A stretch of DNA of 39,054 nucleotides from a virus. Its lineage: Duplodnaviria; Heunggongvirae; Uroviricota; Caudoviricetes. The position numbers and the translations under genes were made by a program. This document shows, piece by piece, positions 1-10,100 of this stretch (its first letter is position 1; each line of letters opens with the position of its first letter). The stretch covers positions 72,200-111,253 of IMG/VR virus record IMGVR_UViG_3300047548_000621. One strand, given 5' to 3'. The notes below the pieces were generated by a model. The model searched no databases, had not been told where the DNA came from, and was given only the letters and a program-made list of their open reading frames with translations.

Positions 1-78
1 GTAATGATCCCTTACTACGTTTAACGAATCTCGTTTGAGATATCGTATTAGTTTTTCATCTGAGGTCTCTTTAGCCAT
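1..78 (-). CDS. Hypothetical protein, N-terminal fragment (runs off window start)
   Basis: ATG at 78-76 overlaps the previous stop (TAATG); open to position 1: MAKETSDEKLIRYLKRDSLNVVRDHY. Confidence 0.5.
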   Translation of the reverse strand, partial: MAKETSDEKLIRYLKRDSLNVVRDHY

Positions 79-263
79 TAATCCTCCGTATACTCAAAAC
101 CGCTAGGAACAACCACTATACTACCGTCAATAAGTGTAACTTCATATTCGGTTCTATCTGCACTTAAGCACACACTAGTATATTCACCCTCGTTGATTCC
201 TGCATTACCAAGAGTAGCCTTATAAATCTCAGTCATCATCTTTTCATATTGTCTACTATTCAT
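78..263 (-). CDS. Small hypothetical protein (61 aa)
   Basis: ORF track 78..290; likely start is ATG at 263 (MNSRQYEK), overlapping the HNH stop as ATGA. Confidence 0.6.
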   Translation of the reverse strand: MNSRQYEKMMTEIYKATLGNAGINEGEYTSVCLSADRTEYEVTLIDGSIVVVPSGFEYTED

Positions 264-1015
264 TTTCTTTTCCTTCCACCTATACACCATCCTTCACTCA
301 ACCATTGATCAAGTGTATCACGTTTAACTTTCTTTTCAATACCGTCTTTGTTGATAGATACATTACCTAGGACAGCGTTTCTTACGTTATCGGAGTGACC
401 GGGTTTCTTAGCAACGCCCTTCTGTTTCAATGAACGCTTTAGCTTTTCTTCTTCGCTCATCGGGCCTTTGAGCTTGCCTTTATGCGCCTGTGACATTTTG
501 GCGCGGGTTTCATCAGTTCTCTTTTGACCAATGACTTTAGCAATCCTTTTTTGTTGTGATTCTGCGGATAGTTTTGGTCTGTTTAGTGCTGCTTTTCTCA
601 AATTCTCTCGGTGTTTATCTGTTATGGGAACTCCTCCTTTATTCCACGGAGTAAGGTTTTTATTCTTCATCGTTTCAGAATGTATACGAGCCTGTTCAAC
701 TCTATTTCTTTCATACGCTCGGGATATGATGGGAGAATAATAGCGGTCTTGTAGTTCATTGGTTGCGTTCATCCCATTAAACGCATAAACCATTTTACTA
801 TACGCTTCGCCCACTGTCATTTTAACTAAAAGCCAATGACAAATTGCGTGTTCTCTACAAGAAAGATATACTAAATTATCTTTGTCGTTAGAACCACCTA
901 ACGATTGAGGAATTATGTGATGACGTTCTCTACCTCGTTGTTTCTTCCATTGCCTTGAAACGGCATTAGTAATAATGTTATTATAAATTTTAGTGTATTT
1001 GTTATTTTTGAACAT
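260..1015 (-). CDS. Free-standing HNH homing endonuclease with NUMOD3-type repeats
   Basis: ERHHIIPQSLGGSNDKDNLVYLSCREHAICHWLL HNH core; basic repeats RTDETRAKMSQAHKGK and MSEEEKLKRSLKQKG. Confidence 0.9.
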   Translation of the reverse strand: MFKNNKYTKIYNNIITNAVSRQWKKQRGRERHHIIPQSLGGSNDKDNLVYLSCREHAICHWLLVKMTVGEAYSKMVYAFNGMNATNELQDRYYSPIISRAYERNRVEQARIHSETMKNKNLTPWNKGGVPITDKHRENLRKAALNRPKLSAESQQKRIAKVIGQKRTDETRAKMSQAHKGKLKGPMSEEEKLKRSLKQKGVAKKPGHSDNVRNAVLGNVSINKDGIEKKVKRDTLDQWLSEGWCIGGRKRK

Positions 1016-1020
1016 AATAG

Positions 1021-1027
1021 TATTTAT
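1021..1027 (-). promoter_or_regulatory. T4-type late promoter (ATAAATA) for the HNH gene
   Basis: Reverse complement ATAAATA ends 5 nt before the ATG at 1015. Confidence 0.6.
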
Positions 1028-1080
1028 TCCAGAATCTCTCGTTCTAGTAAATAATACTATGTTTTTGATAATTTTACAAT

Positions 1081-1106
1081 AGAAAAGGGGACCGAAGTCC
1101 CCTTTT
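1081..1106 (-). terminator. Rho-independent terminator after the capsid gene
   Basis: Minus strand AAAAGGGGAC-TTCG-GTCCCCTTTT: perfect stem, UUCG loop, U-tract, ~30 nt after the gp23 stop. Confidence 0.9.
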
Positions 1107-1138
1107 CCATTTGACTCACTCTGTAAGTGATTGAAAAC

Positions 1139-2335
1139 TCACTGAAAAGTTAAGTTCTGTACAGAAATTTCCCCAACGTAATCGGCGGCATTACCAAAAC
1201 TGCTTGCGGTGTTAGTTAGTTCGATGTAACCGTAACGAGTCATAAAGCTTACGACTGGTTCGAAGGTTGACGGATCGAGGACAACGCCTGAAGACATTAG
1301 CGGAATATATGGGCAGTAGAACGCAGCAGCGTCAGTCTCACTTGAACCCTTGTAGCCAACAAGTACTGGCTGGGTGTCAGGAGCATAGCTGTTTACGAAT
1401 ACGCGCATTGCACCGTTAAGAGTACCAACAAACTTAGTGTTAGTTGGAGCTTCAAATGTTCCTTCTGTAGTTCTTGCGAATGCAGAAGTGGTAGCTGACT
1501 GAAGAACAGTCAATGAAGCAGGTGAAACAACTGCCCAGTTACCTGCACCACGACGAGTGCGCTGAGCAATCAAGTTTGCAACACGGTTGATAAGAACAGC
1601 AAGAGCAGCGTGTTCGTCACCAACGTAAGTAGCAGTACCTGATACAGTTGCCTGATTGTAAGTGTATTCAGTTGAAGCAAGAGTTGCCAAGCTGAGCAAG
1701 ATTTCCTGGTCAATTTCAGCAGTGATTTCTTGTGCAAGAGCAGCCATAATTTCTGCTTCTACGTCGATACCGTGCTGTGACTGAGCATCCTGAGCAGCTT
1801 CGAAAGTCCAGCGAGCTTGTAGCTTACGTGACTTGGCTTCAACAGCCTGACGAAGGATCTGAACAGAAATCTGCTTACCACCATTACCTTCAAGTGATGC
1901 AGTGTTAGCACCAGTATAGAAGTCAGTTTCAGTTGCGTCAAGAGGAACACGGGAATATGCCTGTGCAATCTTGAATGGTGATAGAGCTTCTTCACCAGCA
2001 GTTACAGAAGTTGCTGCTGCTGAGTTGTCAGTTAAGCTATTTGCATAGCGAACACGAAGCGTGTGAATCTGGCCAACTGGACCAGTCATTGGCTGAACAC
2101 CAACGAGTTCATTTGCGATAACAGTTGGCATAACACGACGAATTACCGGAAGGATAACGCGATTAAGTGTTGCAATGTTACCAGCAGTGGTTGTGCCGGC
2201 AGTAGATTCTGCGAGCAACTGCTTGCGGGTATTTTCAAGCAATACGCCCATTGTTGAGCGACGATTGCCCTTTAAGCCTTCAAGCAGGGCGCCCTTAGTT
2301 TCGTCCCAACGGCTTTCTAAAAGTACTTTTGACAT
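1139..2335 (-). CDS. gp23: Major capsid protein (T4 gp23-like)
   Basis: Motifs VGVQPMTGPVGQIHTLR, AKSRKLQARWTFEAAQDA, AEIDQEIL, FYCPYIPL, MTRYG; AGGAG RBS. Confidence 0.97.
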   Translation of the reverse strand: MSKVLLESRWDETKGALLEGLKGNRRSTMGVLLENTRKQLLAESTAGTTTAGNIATLNRVILPVIRRVMPTVIANELVGVQPMTGPVGQIHTLRVRYANSLTDNSAAATSVTAGEEALSPFKIAQAYSRVPLDATETDFYTGANTASLEGNGGKQISVQILRQAVEAKSRKLQARWTFEAAQDAQSQHGIDVEAEIMAALAQEITAEIDQEILLSLATLASTEYTYNQATVSGTATYVGDEHAALAVLINRVANLIAQRTRRGAGNWAVVSPASLTVLQSATTSAFARTTEGTFEAPTNTKFVGTLNGAMRVFVNSYAPDTQPVLVGYKGSSETDAAAFYCPYIPLMSSGVVLDPSTFEPVVSFMTRYGYIELTNTASSFGNAADYVGEISVQNLTFQ

Positions 2336-2365
2336 TTATAATTCTCCTAAACTATGTCGTTTTTA

Positions 2366-3475
2366 TTAAAGCCCTGCCAGACGCTTAATGTCGATTACAT
2401 TGTCAGTAAACTCTGGATCGACTTCTTCAATCTTATTGGCAGTTTTATCTCCGGTTGCTTCTACAATAACTGATTCAGTTAAGGTCTTCTTATTTGCCTT
2501 AACTTCTGTTGAACCGTTATTGAGAACAGCTGGTAGATACTTATCGAATGCGTGTTGTAGACGGTCTGTCTGCACGCTTTCAAGTAAAGTCTTCATTACT
2601 TCTTTCTTCTCCTCATTGAGTGGGGACAACAAGTTATTCATTGTCTTCTCTCTTTGAGTAGTTTCTTTAATAATTCTAACTTCACGTTCTTTGCTTTCTG
2701 CGAGACGCTTCATATTGTTGAGTCTTGCAGTAGCTTCTTGTAATTGCTCGTCCTTCTGTGCGAGAGCTTTCATTACCTTACGAGTTTCAGCTTTATCATT
2801 TAGATAAGTTACGCTGAATTCGCTTGCAAAAGCCTCGAACAACTTACGACCAAAACTATTCTCTCTTGCGATTTGAATATCTTCTTTAAGTTGTGATAGT
2901 TCACCCTTAAGATGATTTCCGACCATACCACTAACTTTCTTGGCACTCTCAGCAACAAACTTGCTCTTAAGTGCTTCCAATTGCTTGCGGCCTTCAGCAA
3001 CGAGTTTAACCTTAGCTTCAACTACAGCCTGTCTATCCTGTGAGAATTCTTTGATTTCTCTGGCTAGAGCGTGTACGATGAACTTCTCAAGCTTTTCTTG
3101 ATTTTCCATCTGTGCCTTGCGATCAGTACGAAGTTCTCTAATTTCTTCAGCCAACTTAGTGACCATAAAATCGTTGAACTTAGTTGCGTTTTCGCGAAGC
3201 TTAAGCTGTGATCTTACTCTTTCTTCATTCATTGCTTCTCTTTCAGAACGGAATTCTGCAATTTCGTCTGAGAGATTGTCTGTCATCATCTTATCAAGAG
3301 CTTCTACCATAACATTACGGTCATGTTCGTAACGTTGTGCAAATTCCTCACGGAGTTCTGCACGTACCTGTTCACGAGCTTCATTCAACTTAACTTCCCA
3401 GGCTTCGTTTAACTGCTGCCCGATATCTTCATTGATGAGACCGCTTTCAAGTAATGGCTTAATAGCATCTAACAT
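2366..3475 (-). CDS. gp22: Prohead core scaffold protein (T4 gp22-like)
   Basis: Coiled-coil E/K-rich; MLDAIKPLLESG...AWE N-terminus; located between protease and capsid genes. Confidence 0.88.
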   Translation of the reverse strand: MLDAIKPLLESGLINEDIGQQLNEAWEVKLNEAREQVRAELREEFAQRYEHDRNVMVEALDKMMTDNLSDEIAEFRSEREAMNEERVRSQLKLRENATKFNDFMVTKLAEEIRELRTDRKAQMENQEKLEKFIVHALAREIKEFSQDRQAVVEAKVKLVAEGRKQLEALKSKFVAESAKKVSGMVGNHLKGELSQLKEDIQIARENSFGRKLFEAFASEFSVTYLNDKAETRKVMKALAQKDEQLQEATARLNNMKRLAESKEREVRIIKETTQREKTMNNLLSPLNEEKKEVMKTLLESVQTDRLQHAFDKYLPAVLNNGSTEVKANKKTLTESVIVEATGDKTANKIEEVDPEFTDNVIDIKRLAGL

Positions 3476-3490
3476 CTGATTGATTCCTTT

Positions 3491-4129
3491 TTATATTTTG
3501 AGTTCTCGGATGAGACGCTTTACTTCCTCACCCAGGAATCTTTGTACTTGCTTGTCGCCCTGTGCTTCCTTAGCAATCTCAAGCATTTTATGTCCGTGCT
3601 TCATATTCATAAGACTTTCATAAATTGCTTTGGGATATGCATTTGGTGCGCTAGGCTGGGCGACGATATCGACGGTGATTATTTCAAAATCACTGACTTT
3701 ACCATCCATATCGTTTACATTACCTGATCCACGACTAGATACGCCTAGTTTTACACCGGACTCCAACATTGTTCTTACGAGTTGACCCATTGGAGTAGGA
3801 AGAATTTTTAGTTTACCGAAACCATTAGCACCATCCATCCACATACTAGTAATCATATGGGATACACGATCTAAATTGATTTTAAGATCATCAGGGTGAT
3901 CAACTTCCCCGAGTACACTGTAGCCTTCTGAGATTTGCTTGTTTAAAGTATCTACGGCATTTTCAATTTCATTGACGGGGTAAATACGCTCGTTTGCGTT
4001 CTTTACCCCGCCCTGAATGAAAATCCCCTTCATATAGAGGGTCTTAAAATCAGCGCCCTCTTCTTTGACAGATTCGACAATCAAGCCTGCTCTGTCGAAG
4101 GTTAGATTCTCTCTGAGATACAAAGCCAT
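3491..4129 (-). CDS. gp21: Prohead protease (T4 gp21-like)
   Basis: GIFIQGGVKNANERIYP, LGEVDHP, VSHMI, GVSSRGSG, DIVAQPSAPNA. Confidence 0.96.
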   Translation of the reverse strand: MALYLRENLTFDRAGLIVESVKEEGADFKTLYMKGIFIQGGVKNANERIYPVNEIENAVDTLNKQISEGYSVLGEVDHPDDLKINLDRVSHMITSMWMDGANGFGKLKILPTPMGQLVRTMLESGVKLGVSSRGSGNVNDMDGKVSDFEIITVDIVAQPSAPNAYPKAIYESLMNMKHGHKMLEIAKEAQGDKQVQRFLGEEVKRLIRELKI

Positions 4130-4146
4130 TCTCTCAGTTTTCCTTC

Positions 4147-5004
4147 TTAGCGAATTCTACGCTTAGCAGAACGACGAGATTCTGCTACTGGGCTTCTAGC
4201 ATTTGAACCGTCATCACCGTGCTTTGGCTTAGGAGCTGCTTCACCCTTCTCCTTAAAATTGCCTTTACCTGGGCTATTCTTGAAGTTACCTGCACCCTTT
4301 ACTTGAGTTTCGCCCTTTGAATAGAAGTTACTTGGGCCCTTAGGAGCAGTCGGAACTGATTCACTTGCACCGCTAAAGTTTACTGGATGACTATCCATTC
4401 CTGCCTGGCCTGAACCCTGAAGTCCTGGGCTCTTAGTATATGCGCCGTTGTCACCGTGAGTTACTGAAACCTTCTGAAGCTGCACGTTTTCCATAACGTC
4501 TTCAGAATCTTCATCACCCATATCGAAATCTGCGTCGCCTTCTTCATCACCCATATCGAAATCTGCGTCGCCTTCTTCGTCACCGAATTCGTCACCTAAA
4601 TCTTCGTCGCCTTCTTCGCCGCCCATAATTTCTTCAAACTCAGCCATCAACTGGTCGAGCTTGTCTTCGATACGGATTAAAGTTTCTTCTTCCTCATCTT
4701 CTGAGTCTATGTCAAATTCTTCGTCATCGCCGCCGAGTTCGATATCGCCTTCTTCGTCACCGAATTCGTCACCGAATTCATCTTCATCAAGACCTTCTTC
4801 TTCGCTTGAAATTTCGTCCATGAGGTCGCCGACTTCACCGACCATACCTTCGTCAAGTTCTTCGTCATCCATTTCTTCGGCCATAATTGACTCAAAGATT
4901 TCTCTTGACTTCTCTACAACGATTTCGTGAAATAATTCGCGTGCTTGTGCTTCATCTTCGTTGATCACGAGGTTGATCAACTGTTCGTATTTTCTAATGT
5001 CCAT
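4147..5004 (-). CDS. Highly acidic putative prohead core/internal protein (T4 gp68 position)
   Basis: Central D/E/G-rich tract and basic Gly/Pro-rich C-terminus; synteny between portal and protease; AGGAG RBS. Confidence 0.6.
   Translation of the reverse strand: MDIRKYEQLINLVINEDEAQARELFHEIVVEKSREIFESIMAEEMDDEELDEGMVGEVGDLMDEISSEEEGLDEDEFGDEFGDEEGDIELGGDDEEFDIDSEDEEEETLIRIEDKLDQLMAEFEEIMGGEEGDEDLGDEFGDEEGDADFDMGDEEGDADFDMGDEDSEDVMENVQLQKVSVTHGDNGAYTKSPGLQGSGQAGMDSHPVNFSGASESVPTAPKGPSNFYSKGETQVKGAGNFKNSPGKGNFKEKGEAAPKPKHGDDGSNARSPVAESRRSAKRRIR
4508..4578. repeat. Perfect 33-bp tandem duplication (EEGDADFDMGD x2)
   Basis: tcttcatcacccatatcgaaatctgcgtcgcct at 4508-4540 and 4541-4573; a second repeat tcgccttcttcgtcaccgaattcgtcacc occurs at ~4568 and ~4745. 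Confidence 0.95.
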
Positions 5005-5040
5005 TGAATTGTTCTCCTGATAGAAATGGCTTTGTAAAGT

Positions 5041-5048
5041 TACTTATG
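5041..5048 (-). promoter_or_regulatory. Late promoter variant (CATAAGTA)
   Basis: Upstream of the RBS/ATG at 5004 within an intergenic gap. Confidence 0.5.
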
Positions 5049-5111
5049 CCGTAGTCAGGAAAACACCGTATTAAGTGCGTATTTTTTACATTTTTAGTAT
5101 ATATAATAGAA

Positions 5112-5345
5112 TTATACTGAAGGGGCGCCGGCACCCTCTTCAGGCTTAGCACCGTACTGTTTACGAACCTTACCTAAATAAAGTTTCTTTTCATAATTTC
5201 TAACGTCAATCATTCTACGTAATTTACGTATTTGCTTTAGCGTGAGTTTAGTTTTGCGGCTGGTTCGATACACAGGCTTACTATTATCTTGATTAGTATC
5301 CTGAAAACCCTGTACGGGCGGATCAAACATTTCGAATAGCTGCAT
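5112..5345 (-). CDS. Small basic head-module protein (T4 gp67 position)
   Basis: 77 aa, RKTKLTLKQIRKLRRM; GGAG RBS and upstream late promoter. Confidence 0.7.
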   Translation of the reverse strand: MQLFEMFDPPVQGFQDTNQDNSKPVYRTSRKTKLTLKQIRKLRRMIDVRNYEKKLYLGKVRKQYGAKPEEGAGAPSV

Positions 5346-5366
5346 TTAAAATATCTCCGTATTAGA

Positions 5367-5374
5367 TATTTATC
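5367..5374 (-). promoter_or_regulatory. Late promoter GATAAATA
   Basis: tatttatc on plus strand, 21 nt upstream of the ATG at 5345. Confidence 0.65.
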
Positions 5375-5376
5375 TT

Positions 5377-7161
5377 TTAGATTTGCATTGGGCCGCCTGG
5401 TGGCGCACCTGCTGCTGCTGCGCCACCAGCTGCTGGGGCGCCTGCTACTGGACCTGCAGTTTCAGGTCCCATTCCTGCTTCTTCTTCACCTGCCTCAATT
5501 TCATCTGCCGTTTCTAAGTCGGTGTCAAAGTCACCAGTAGATACACCAATGTTACGTAGATCACTACCTGTAGGTTCTTCAACCTTCTCCTCAGTATTTT
5601 CTTCTTCCCAAAGCTTTTCGTTCTTTTTGATTTCTTCTTCGGTTAAACCTAAGAATCGTTCAAGTGCAAATCTCTTTGAGATATAAGGCAATGCTTCCAT
5701 TGCAGTAAATGTAGCTGAACGTGCAGTATCCAATTCACTTTGACGATATGCAGCAAAGTTTTGAGGAGGGTTGAATACTAGATTGAATAGTCCAGTGTCA
5801 ATATTGAATCCTCTCCAACGCAAGAATAATTTAAATTCTTCGTCTAGTTTTAGAGCGATATAATTCTGTAGTCTCTCACAATACTGATTAAATCTGAATT
5901 CTTGAATCATAGCAGTACCAACACGACCGTCACTCAACGGAGTCTGACTGTCATCTGGTCCTGTAGGAAGATAGCTTGATGGAACACGAAGACCGCGAGC
6001 AAGTCTATTATTGAAATAACGCAAGTCATCAATTTCGCCCAAGTTCTGGCCGCCGGGAAGAACTTCAACGCTTGATCCACGACCTTCTGCTGTTACAGGG
6101 AAGAAGTAGTCTTCATTCATTGAGAGTGGGTTATATGTAGCATCTACGATTGATTGTCCACCATATAATGAGGGAATTCTACGCTGGTGAATTTCGTTCT
6201 TGACTCGTTCAACGAATGCCATAGCCATATGACTTGGCATATTGCCAACGTCAATCTTGAACATTCTACGTTCAGGAGCACGTTGCACACGATAGATTAG
6301 AACAGCGTCTTCTAATAGTTCTTTCTGCTTGTAGACCTTAAATATGTTTTCTAGAATGCTCTGTCCGAATGGCCAGAATCTATCAAGCCCTTCTGTCAAA
6401 CTCAAGTGAACAATATGCTTACCGTCTACCGCAGACTCACTCTGTCCTAGCGTGAAACGTGATCCCGTAGTGTTGTATGGCATTGCGGGAACAGTGTAAG
6501 GAGTGTTGGTGCCACCGCCACTGCCCCCTAATCCAGTTGCTGGATTAGCTGCAAAGTCAGTATTCGTCTTTTGTGCAACACTCAAATTCTGTAGGTTAAT
6601 GTTCAAATCCTTGAGAACATACTGTTCGGGCTTCTTACCTTCACTTTCGTTAACAATAACTTTTATGACTTTAACCATATCTACCCAGTATAACTTAAAG
6701 TTTTCTGGATCGCGAACAAATACTTGATCTCCATACTTTACGACATTTCTAAAAATCTTAAAGATACGAACATCAAATTCATTTAATTTGCACCACTGTT
6801 GTAATTGTTTACCTAACAATTCAACTTCGTGTGGTGTCGGTTCTTCTTTGAATTCAAAAGAGAACGGAGTTTTGTTATGCTCATTGCGCTGAGTACTAAA
6901 TTCTGCAATAATATCCAAACAAGCATTGATTTCAGCATCAACATCCATCATTTCATATTGATTATAACGTTCAATTCTATTAGGGTGACCCGTGTAGACT
7001 TCTGGGAGTCTACTCATATAGTTCTTATAGCCGAATTCGGTATTATTCCAACCACCTGTAGGTGAGTCATTCATCCCATTCCAAGTGCCGCTGTTACTAT
7101 TGGCACCTGAAATCGGGCTCGACACACCTGACTTGTTTAAGAATTTCTTTTTATATGGCAT
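5377..7161 (-). CDS. gp20: Portal vertex protein (T4 gp20-like)
   Basis: LLEDAVLIYRVQRAPERRMFKIDVGNMP, EDYFFP, GGQNLGEIDDLRYF, VPSSYL. Confidence 0.96.
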   Translation of the reverse strand: MPYKKKFLNKSGVSSPISGANSNSGTWNGMNDSPTGGWNNTEFGYKNYMSRLPEVYTGHPNRIERYNQYEMMDVDAEINACLDIIAEFSTQRNEHNKTPFSFEFKEEPTPHEVELLGKQLQQWCKLNEFDVRIFKIFRNVVKYGDQVFVRDPENFKLYWVDMVKVIKVIVNESEGKKPEQYVLKDLNINLQNLSVAQKTNTDFAANPATGLGGSGGGTNTPYTVPAMPYNTTGSRFTLGQSESAVDGKHIVHLSLTEGLDRFWPFGQSILENIFKVYKQKELLEDAVLIYRVQRAPERRMFKIDVGNMPSHMAMAFVERVKNEIHQRRIPSLYGGQSIVDATYNPLSMNEDYFFPVTAEGRGSSVEVLPGGQNLGEIDDLRYFNNRLARGLRVPSSYLPTGPDDSQTPLSDGRVGTAMIQEFRFNQYCERLQNYIALKLDEEFKLFLRWRGFNIDTGLFNLVFNPPQNFAAYRQSELDTARSATFTAMEALPYISKRFALERFLGLTEEEIKKNEKLWEEENTEEKVEEPTGSDLRNIGVSTGDFDTDLETADEIEAGEEEAGMGPETAGPVAGAPAAGGAAAAGAPPGGPMQI

Positions 7162-7179
7162 ACTATTTCACTTTTATTG

Positions 7180-7187
7180 TATTTATT
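7180..7187 (-). promoter_or_regulatory. Late promoter AATAAATA for the portal gene
   Basis: tatttatt directly after the upstream stop codon, 18 nt before the ATG. Confidence 0.6.
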
Positions 7188-10100
7188 TTAAGTTCGTGAA
7201 TGTTGTAATATCTTATGGTTAGTATCGTGCGTGTCGTTCATTACATCAATCAACTCATCTAATTTCTGTCCTAGTTGTTCAGTGAGTTGCATATTTCTCA
7301 TATATACATTTTCCGTTTCAGCAGTTTTCGCGGTCATCTTACTTGTAGTATTGATTTCTGAAATATTGTCTGCTGGTTTCTTTCCTAATTTAGCTATGAT
7401 AGATTGAGGATTTAAAGAACCTATTTTGGAATCAAAATCCCCTTCCCCTTCACCGAAAATGCCGCCGTCTCTTGCTTTACTAATTTTAGTAGCCGGATCA
7501 ATTGTATTAGACGAATTAGGTACAGCTAGTCCGGCCTTTTGAATAATATAGTGTAGGTGCGGCCCGGTCGATATCCCTGTACTACCCATATCACCGATAT
7601 ATTGTCCTTGACTTACACGGTCGCCCTCATTAACTCCATATTTTGAAGTGTGTGTGTATACTGACTGATATCCATCATCCTGTTGAATTATGATTGCGTT
7701 TCCGAATCCAGTATAAGGGCGCCCATTATTAGTTAACTTAGTAACTATGCCTCCCTTAGCAGCACGTAAAGGTGCGCCCATTCCTTTACCGATATCTAAG
7801 CCAGTATGAAACTTCCTCGTACCAAACTTAGGATGTATTCTCATTCCATATGGGCTAGTTAATACTCCGCCCGCGACAGGGTGAATGTACCCGGCCTTTT
7901 CTTCTGCTATTGCATTTTGAGCAGCACTGGACGATGCTGCGGCATATTGTCCGGCAGCGTCAGCATAGGATTTAGAGTCCGCAGTATTTCCAGCTGCTGC
8001 TGATGCTCTTGCTTTATCTCTAGCTTCTTTAGCAAGAGTTTCATAAAATCTCGCTTTATCCTCTGATCCTAATTTATTTGCGTAATCTATAATCGCTGTT
8101 CTTCCCGATTGCATTGTAGGAGGCGGGCCTGCAGGGACTGAGGCGTTTGGACCGCTACCGGCATTTCCAGAACCGCCATCCGTACTTGCCGGGCCGCTTC
8201 CCGGAGGGGCACTGGCAGCAGCAACATTTCCTGCCAGTGCGCCCACTGTTTGAGCGTACTGTGCAAATGCCGCAGTATTTTTTTCCATATTGGGACCAAA
8301 CGTCATTCTTGTAAATTTATCGAATGCGTCAATAGGACCATCTTGTTTGGTCATAAATGAAACAATATTACCCGCAAAACTACTAAATGCATCCCACGCG
8401 CCGGGACCTCCTTTATATTCAGCCAATGCATTGGCAAAATCTTTAAAAGCAATTGCATTATTTTTTGTTTTTATTGGATCAATAGGTAACAATGAAAAAT
8501 ATAAAAATTTATCTAGTGGGGGCCGCTCACCAAAAAGCTTGACTACTGCATTTGACAATGCAGATGCAACAGATCCTAATACCCCTAGTTGACCTTCGCC
8601 ACGATAAGAAGACAATGCTTCTGCAAATAATTTGAATGCTGTTGCGTTTTCTTTAGCTCGCTTAGGATCTATCGGTAATTCTGAAAAATCTACAAACTTT
8701 TTGAATGGAGGTTCTTTACTAAAGAAGTTACTAACTGAATCAGAAATCGCTATTGCGATTGATCCAACCCCTTGCATAGGTCCTGCCACTGCCATTGCCT
8801 TTGCGAAAGCTACAAAAGCGCCGGCATTATTTTCTACTTTCTGCTTATTAATATCATATGCTTGGAATTTTACAAGATTTAATCCTAACGTTTTAATAGG
8901 ATCTTTATCTTCACCAAATGTAAACCATTCACCGATATTACCCAATGCATCTAATATACCCCCGGCACCCATTGCGAGTATGCCGGCTCCCAATCCCGCC
9001 ATTCCTATACCAGCTGATTTTAAGTTTTCTCCATTTACGCCATCAAACGATTTCAAACCTTCAGCTAATGAAGGCATAGATTTACCGAGTATCCAAGTCG
9101 CGCCGGCAAGGCCTGCACCAATTGCAGCAATTGCTATTCCTATCGCGCCGGCTCCAAGCGCAACGTATGCTGGGGTAGGAGGCTTACCTATGAAGGCTAA
9201 ACCTTTTCCTACCCCTTCTAAAAATCCAGCTACTAGTGAGCCTCCTCCTGTAGCAGAGCCGGCTTTTGATAATCCAGAAACACCTTTACCCAAACCAGAA
9301 GGAACAGCTCCTCCTAATTTTCTAGCTCTAGAAGCTCTTGCTGCTCCACTTAGTGGTTTACCGTTTTTGTCAAGCATATCTGCTTCTGGAATTGCGGCGG
9401 GACCGGATTCACTTCCGAAAAATCTTGAAAAAATTCCTCGTTTATTAGGAGAACTGGTGCCCATTCCCTCAATTTCAGCGATAGCCGGATTGTCCGCAGT
9501 ACCTAATTTTCCTTTACCCATTCCCAAAACAGACTTAATAACGCTACCCACTGACGCAACTGTTTGGATAACCTTACCTACTGCTGCAATTCCAGCAAGT
9601 CCTGCCAAAGCAATAGCCAATCCCTTCAAAACTTTGCCAATTGTATCTAAATTAGTAACCAAATATTCAGCAGCTTGATTTATCCGTGGCATAATCTTTA
9701 GTGCAAGTTGCACAAGATAATCAGAAACAGTTTTTAATACGGTATCAAATTGCAGTCTTGCTGCACGTTCAGCCGCTTCTTGTTTACCGCGCTGGTCTGT
9801 TGCCCCGCCCTCTTGGTTCTTTTTCTGCTCATATGCGTCTCGCGCATCGTCTGCAATTTTTCTTAGTGTCGCTTCATCTGCATCTGCTGTCGCCGCGCGC
9901 AATTTAATTCTGCCTGCGTCAATTGCATTCTGCGCCATAAAATCTCTTGAATACTGCCCCAGACCCGTAGCTGCTTCTTTATAATTTTGATTATAATTGT
10001 CCAGTCCCTTATTTGAAGCTGCAATAAATTCTAGACGCTGATCCATTCCCTGAGATGTTTTAGATACTATATCTAGCAAGCCCGGAATGTTTCTAACCAA

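Noticed and set aside
4508-4780. Direct repeats as a possible CRISPR array or DGR template
   Set aside because: They are in-frame coding repeats without unique spacers or adenine-specific variation, and no reverse transcriptase is in the window.
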